Shown here: positions 59,191 through 64,000 of the stretch, in pieces | Layout of the letters: each line of letters begins with the position of its first letter | Position numbering within the stretch: the first letter of the stretch is position 1 | From: the human T2T-CHM13v2.0 reference genome, Homo sapiens | Assembly (NCBI RefSeq): GCF_009914755.1 | Contig: NC_060933.1 | DNA length: 64,000 nucleotides | Reading direction: 5' to 3' (one strand) | The notes under the pieces: generated by a model | What the model was told of the DNA's origin: nothing | Seen by the model: only the letters and a program-made list of their open reading frames with translations | The model's database searches: none | Position numbers and translations under genes: made by a program

Positions 59191-60637
59191 CACATGCTGA
59201 GGAGTGCTTCTGAAGAACCCCATGATAGTAAGTGGAGGACCCCCGTTCAGTGGTGTCAATCATGCAAGCTCCACAGGAGAAAATGTGCACCCTGCACTTT
59301 CCTCATCTACATCACTAGTTCAATAAATATCAGGACTGAATGTTGAAAAGCCGTCATGTCAATTATCCTGCTTATTTTGCTACAGGTGTTGAATAGAAAG
59401 ACTGGCAAGAAAACCAGCCATGCCTGCACAGTATCACTGCTTTTCTCTGCAGAAGGCTGGGTTCATGCTGTCGAGCAAGGAAGCATGGGCACTGTGGCTT
59501 TGTGCCTGCATGGGAACACGATTTGACTTTTTGTGGTTCCACAGAATCAGAAACAGTAAACCTCCACACCCGTATTTCCCCTAACACAGTCCCCAAAATA
59601 AAAGAGCGCTATGATCAAATATGTTTGAGAAACATTATGTTAGAAAATACAAAGCAGGTTTTTGTAAAACAGGCTGCACCAGTTTCCAAATGTGCCCACC
59701 CTGGAGGCTTTTTCATTCTGTGAAGGAACGCAAGGGAGGGGGGCACAGTGAAATCCACTTTGCAAAACGTTACCGCAGCCACAGAGGAAAATTTAAAAGC
59801 TCCGCAAAGGCATGGCATCTTCGAGATGACGCCAGTGGTCAGCATGGACGCCCTTGCAGCTTCTCAGAGGATAAGACAAGTGCATCAAGGTGTAACCCGT
59901 GGAGAGGGGGTTCCATCCCACACAGCCAATGTTCTATCCCATCAAGAGACTGAGGCAACACCTCCAGAACAAGTCATGTTTAGAGACACAAAAGAACCAG
60001 CACCAGAATTTGCCTCTGGTCCCCACGGGCATTCTTTTCAATTCAACTTATGACCCAAAGACATTCCAACACCCATGCAGGTGGCTCCCAATGACAGAGG
60101 ACAGAGCAAAGTTGCTTCACACTGCTCCAAGTCCAAGAAAACCCAAAGGAGCCTCAACTCTAAACCACCCAGAAAGGTCAAACAAATCAAGAGTGGGCAC
60201 CAAAAGCCAAAACACACCTCCATAAACCCCAGGAAGAGGACGGCCACTACCTCAAGTGGCTTCCTGGGTGCTAAGGCCAGGGGCGTGCAAGATCCTGAGT
60301 ACCACAGAGTTTTCCCCGGGACCTGACTCCCACATCATTGAACACAGAGAGCAAAGATGAAGGAAAGGCCAAGAAAATGTGCTGTCTTTGTTTTCATTCC
60401 CAGATCTGTGTCCTACTGCAGTGGCTGCTCAACCCCTACTGCACACTAGTTTTAACTGCAAGCTTTAAAAAAAAAAATCTGGGCACCCAAGCTGCACCCC
60501 AGACAATTGAAATCATAAGCAGGAGGAAACCAACCCAGCCACCATATTTTTTAAAGCTCCCCTGAAAAGCAGAGATTCTCAACTCTAGCCACACATTAGA
60601 GTCACCTGGAAGCTTTTATACAGACCTAGGTCCCACA

Positions 60638-61053
60638 TGCTGGAAACAATCAGTTCCTCTTCAAACGTTCTTGCTCTTTCCTGTTCTGTTAATAACGCTT
60701 CCCACCTTTGCTGTGCAAACTGCTAGAAACAAAGACTCAACTTTTTAGTCACAAATTGTAAACTACTCCTACTTTCCCCTTCTTTCCACGCATTTACCCT
60801 GTTTGGAAAAGTTTAAGTCTCAGCCAGTCGGGATCAGCTTAGACTGTGTGGTCCAACTGCAGCCAATAGGAGAAGGAAACAGAAACAGAAGCTGCATTAG
60901 GGATAAAAACCCCTTCTCTCCTTTGTTCAGTGTGCTCTTGCAAGCGTGACAAACACAAGCAGCACTCTTCTGCAGAAGTAAATGTGCCTTGCTGAGAAAC
61001 TTCCTATTTAAGTGCTGGTTTTTCTTTGCAGCACTGGGCACTTGTTTCTAACA
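60638..61053 (+). mobile_element. ERV1-class solo LTR (family not assigned)
   Basis: TG...CA ends with imperfect inverted termini tgctggaaacaa / ttgtttctaaca; 4-bp TSD caca; internal ccaat, gataaaaa and agtaaa. Confidence 0.75.
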
Positions 61054-62890
61054 CACACCAGAGGAATGTAAAGCTGCAAAAGTGAGTTCATCATGGGGGC
61101 AAGATTGACAAATCACTGTGTCAGGGGAAGTCAAAGAGAAAGGACAGAAATGCTGGCTACAGACAGCTGAGATACAACACACCTATAAGCGGTGTTCCTG
61201 AAAAACAGAATACAGCAAACAGAAACACATGGATTCAAACGTTTAATGGATGAAAATGAAGCCAAAATAAAGCAAGACTTAATTTGCAGACTGAAGACCT
61301 AATTCCCAAGAAGAATGGATATGGCTGGTCATTATCAGAGCATGAACTGGTGAAGTTGCTGAATCTCAAAAATTCATAGTATTTGTCTGGTACATCATTG
61401 TCTTTCTTTTCACTTTTTTACCTTCTAATCACTTGGATTTGGACAGATATTTTACATAAAAGTCAAAGAAAACAAACAAAAGGGAGAAAAAAGGAGGCAC
61501 TAAAAATAGAAACTATGCTCCCCCAAATGTGACAAAAATGAGATCAAATATGTTATCTCAGTAAGTGTAACTGAGGGAAAATAAATATCAAGAAGAAAAA
61601 AACAATAGGATTAAACTCCAAATAAAACTATTTGTTATATTTAAAATCTGTCTGAATCCAAACAACTAGAAGATAGAAAATTTTTAAATGGCAACGATGT
61701 ACCAGGCAAGTCACAAATAAGGAAGAACTGTAATATTAATGTCATACTCTCCTTAATTAGAAGTAAAAGGGACACTTTAAAATGATTAAGAGTAGAATTC
61801 TCAGTAAGGCTCTGTCATGAATATATGTAAAAGACATCCCAGTGTCCAAAAGCACAACACAAAATCTGAAGCAAAATCAGAGAAACAGACCAAAATAATG
61901 GCTTAGGATACCTTCAACTTTTCTCTCTACTTAGGGCAGATAAAGAAGACAAAAGTGTAAGTGAAGATACAGAAAAACTAAACTATATAACCAATGAAGT
62001 TGCTCTTAACTGAGATTATATCTAAGGTCCCACTTAATAACCAAATTTTAAGCCATTTAAAAAAAAATCAAATTCCCTAAAACCAAAACATAGCAGATCA
62101 CACTATCTACACAAAATGCAATAAAACCACAAAATAACTCCCTACAAGTATTAAAATTTCTTCTTGTCTTGCAGAAGAAATAAAATTGAGATGACAAGCT
62201 ATTTGGAAAAGAACAATACTAAAAACATCATGCAACATGAACACAACATAAAAGCTGTAGCTAAAGCTACACTCATGGGACAATTTATAGCCTTAAGAAC
62301 TTGCCTTACTTATAATAAAATTGTTCTAAAGTTTATCTAGAAAAATAAGTGACACTAGCCAATAAAGTTCGGGGAACAATGAGTAAAGAGTTAGTCCTAC
62401 CAAATACCAAAATTTAGAAAGCTATGGTAATTAAAAGTGAGATAAAAACTGAATTTTCCAGAAATAACACCAATCTATCATGGAATTTTAATACCCAAAA
62501 AAAGAGGGAGCTGCTTTTCAAATCTTTGATAAGGAATTAATTACACAATGAAGAATTTCAGGACAATTCATTTTTCTGAGGAAAATAAAGCTGGATCTAA
62601 GTTGCATGTGAACCGAAGATTTAACCATACACACACAAAAAAAGATCATTAAGAACCTACCCAAAACAGCATAATTTTTTAAAAACAAGCTTAGAATGGC
62701 AAAGGGATTCTAATATATGTCTCAAAACTCAAAATATATAAAACAAAAGCTGGCTTAATTTGACTCCATAAAACTTAAGACTTACCGCATGAAAACAAAT
62801 ATCATAAAAAAAGTCAAAGGAGAACGTGAGGAAAAAAACACGTTCATAGAATCTGGTACATGGCTAAATATTCTTAGAAATAGTCTTAGA

Positions 62891-63130
<240 letters not shown>

Positions 63131-63456
63131 ACAGAAATAGTTGTAGAAACCAGTGAGGCAACTGAGAACAACTGCTAGAAAATTAGTAGAGAAAGTGAAC
63201 GCTTATTTGCCAGAAAAAAGAAACACAAATTACTTATAAGGACAGTTGGCCTGGTGGACAATTGTTAAAATGTCAACATACAGAATTAAGATGCCATTTC
63301 TATTTTTAATACTTCTTAAGATGAAAATGCCAGATGATTTCCAATGTTGCTGGGCCTAGAAAAACCCAAAAAGTTCATGCATCATTACTGGGAGAATAAA
63401 TTGCTGCCACCTTCTGGGAAAACAACTTTGTAGACAGTATCAAAAGTTTAAACATA

Positions 63457-63759
<303 letters not shown>

Positions 63760-64000
63760 TATAATACTTTGCACAAAGTACTGGACTGGAAATTGGCTCT
63801 ACAGATACTCACAGAGTTAAAAAAAAAAATATGTTTACAGATGTTCACTACAGACCTGTTTCAAGTAATAGCTAAAAATCAGAAGTATACATCCACAGGA
63901 GACCAGGGAAATAAATTCCAAATGAGAGCTATCAGCAAATTGTTTTAATGACAGATACTACCAATGTATACATAAATGACAGATATTAGCAATGGTTTTT

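Noticed and set aside
58594-59346. 250-aa plus-strand ORF
   Set aside because: Runs through a MIR, non-ATG start, no domain.

Overview
Primate, most likely human, genomic DNA: about 29 Alu elements plus L1M, L2, MIR, MLT1/LTR12/ERV LTRs and MER/Tigger DNA transposon fossils. I recognise no protein-coding exon, and the supplied ORFs are Alu-derived, simple-repeat-derived or chance. The L1 orientation bias (mostly + strand) and three exon-like units with good minus-strand splice signals (30917-30499, 27021-26888, and one ending at 17279 beside a CpG island) suggest a large 5' intron or alternative-promoter region of a minus-strand gene that I cannot name. The main finding is a non-transposon ~180 bp inverted duplication (24811-24989 vs 26898-27079, ~94% identical, 84 nt perfect core). 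It bears a clear templated-insertion junction signature, and in the minus-strand pre-mRNA it would pair over the 3' splice site and 124 of 134 nt of a candidate exon. Secondary findings are a 90-nt C-D'-C'-D box snoRNA-like element (45398-45487, minus), two further templated-insertion scars, a GATA-clustered exon/promoter with a downstream UG tract, and a sense-oriented LTR12. Repeat subfamily names come from recalled consensus motifs and boundaries are approximate; no database search was run.
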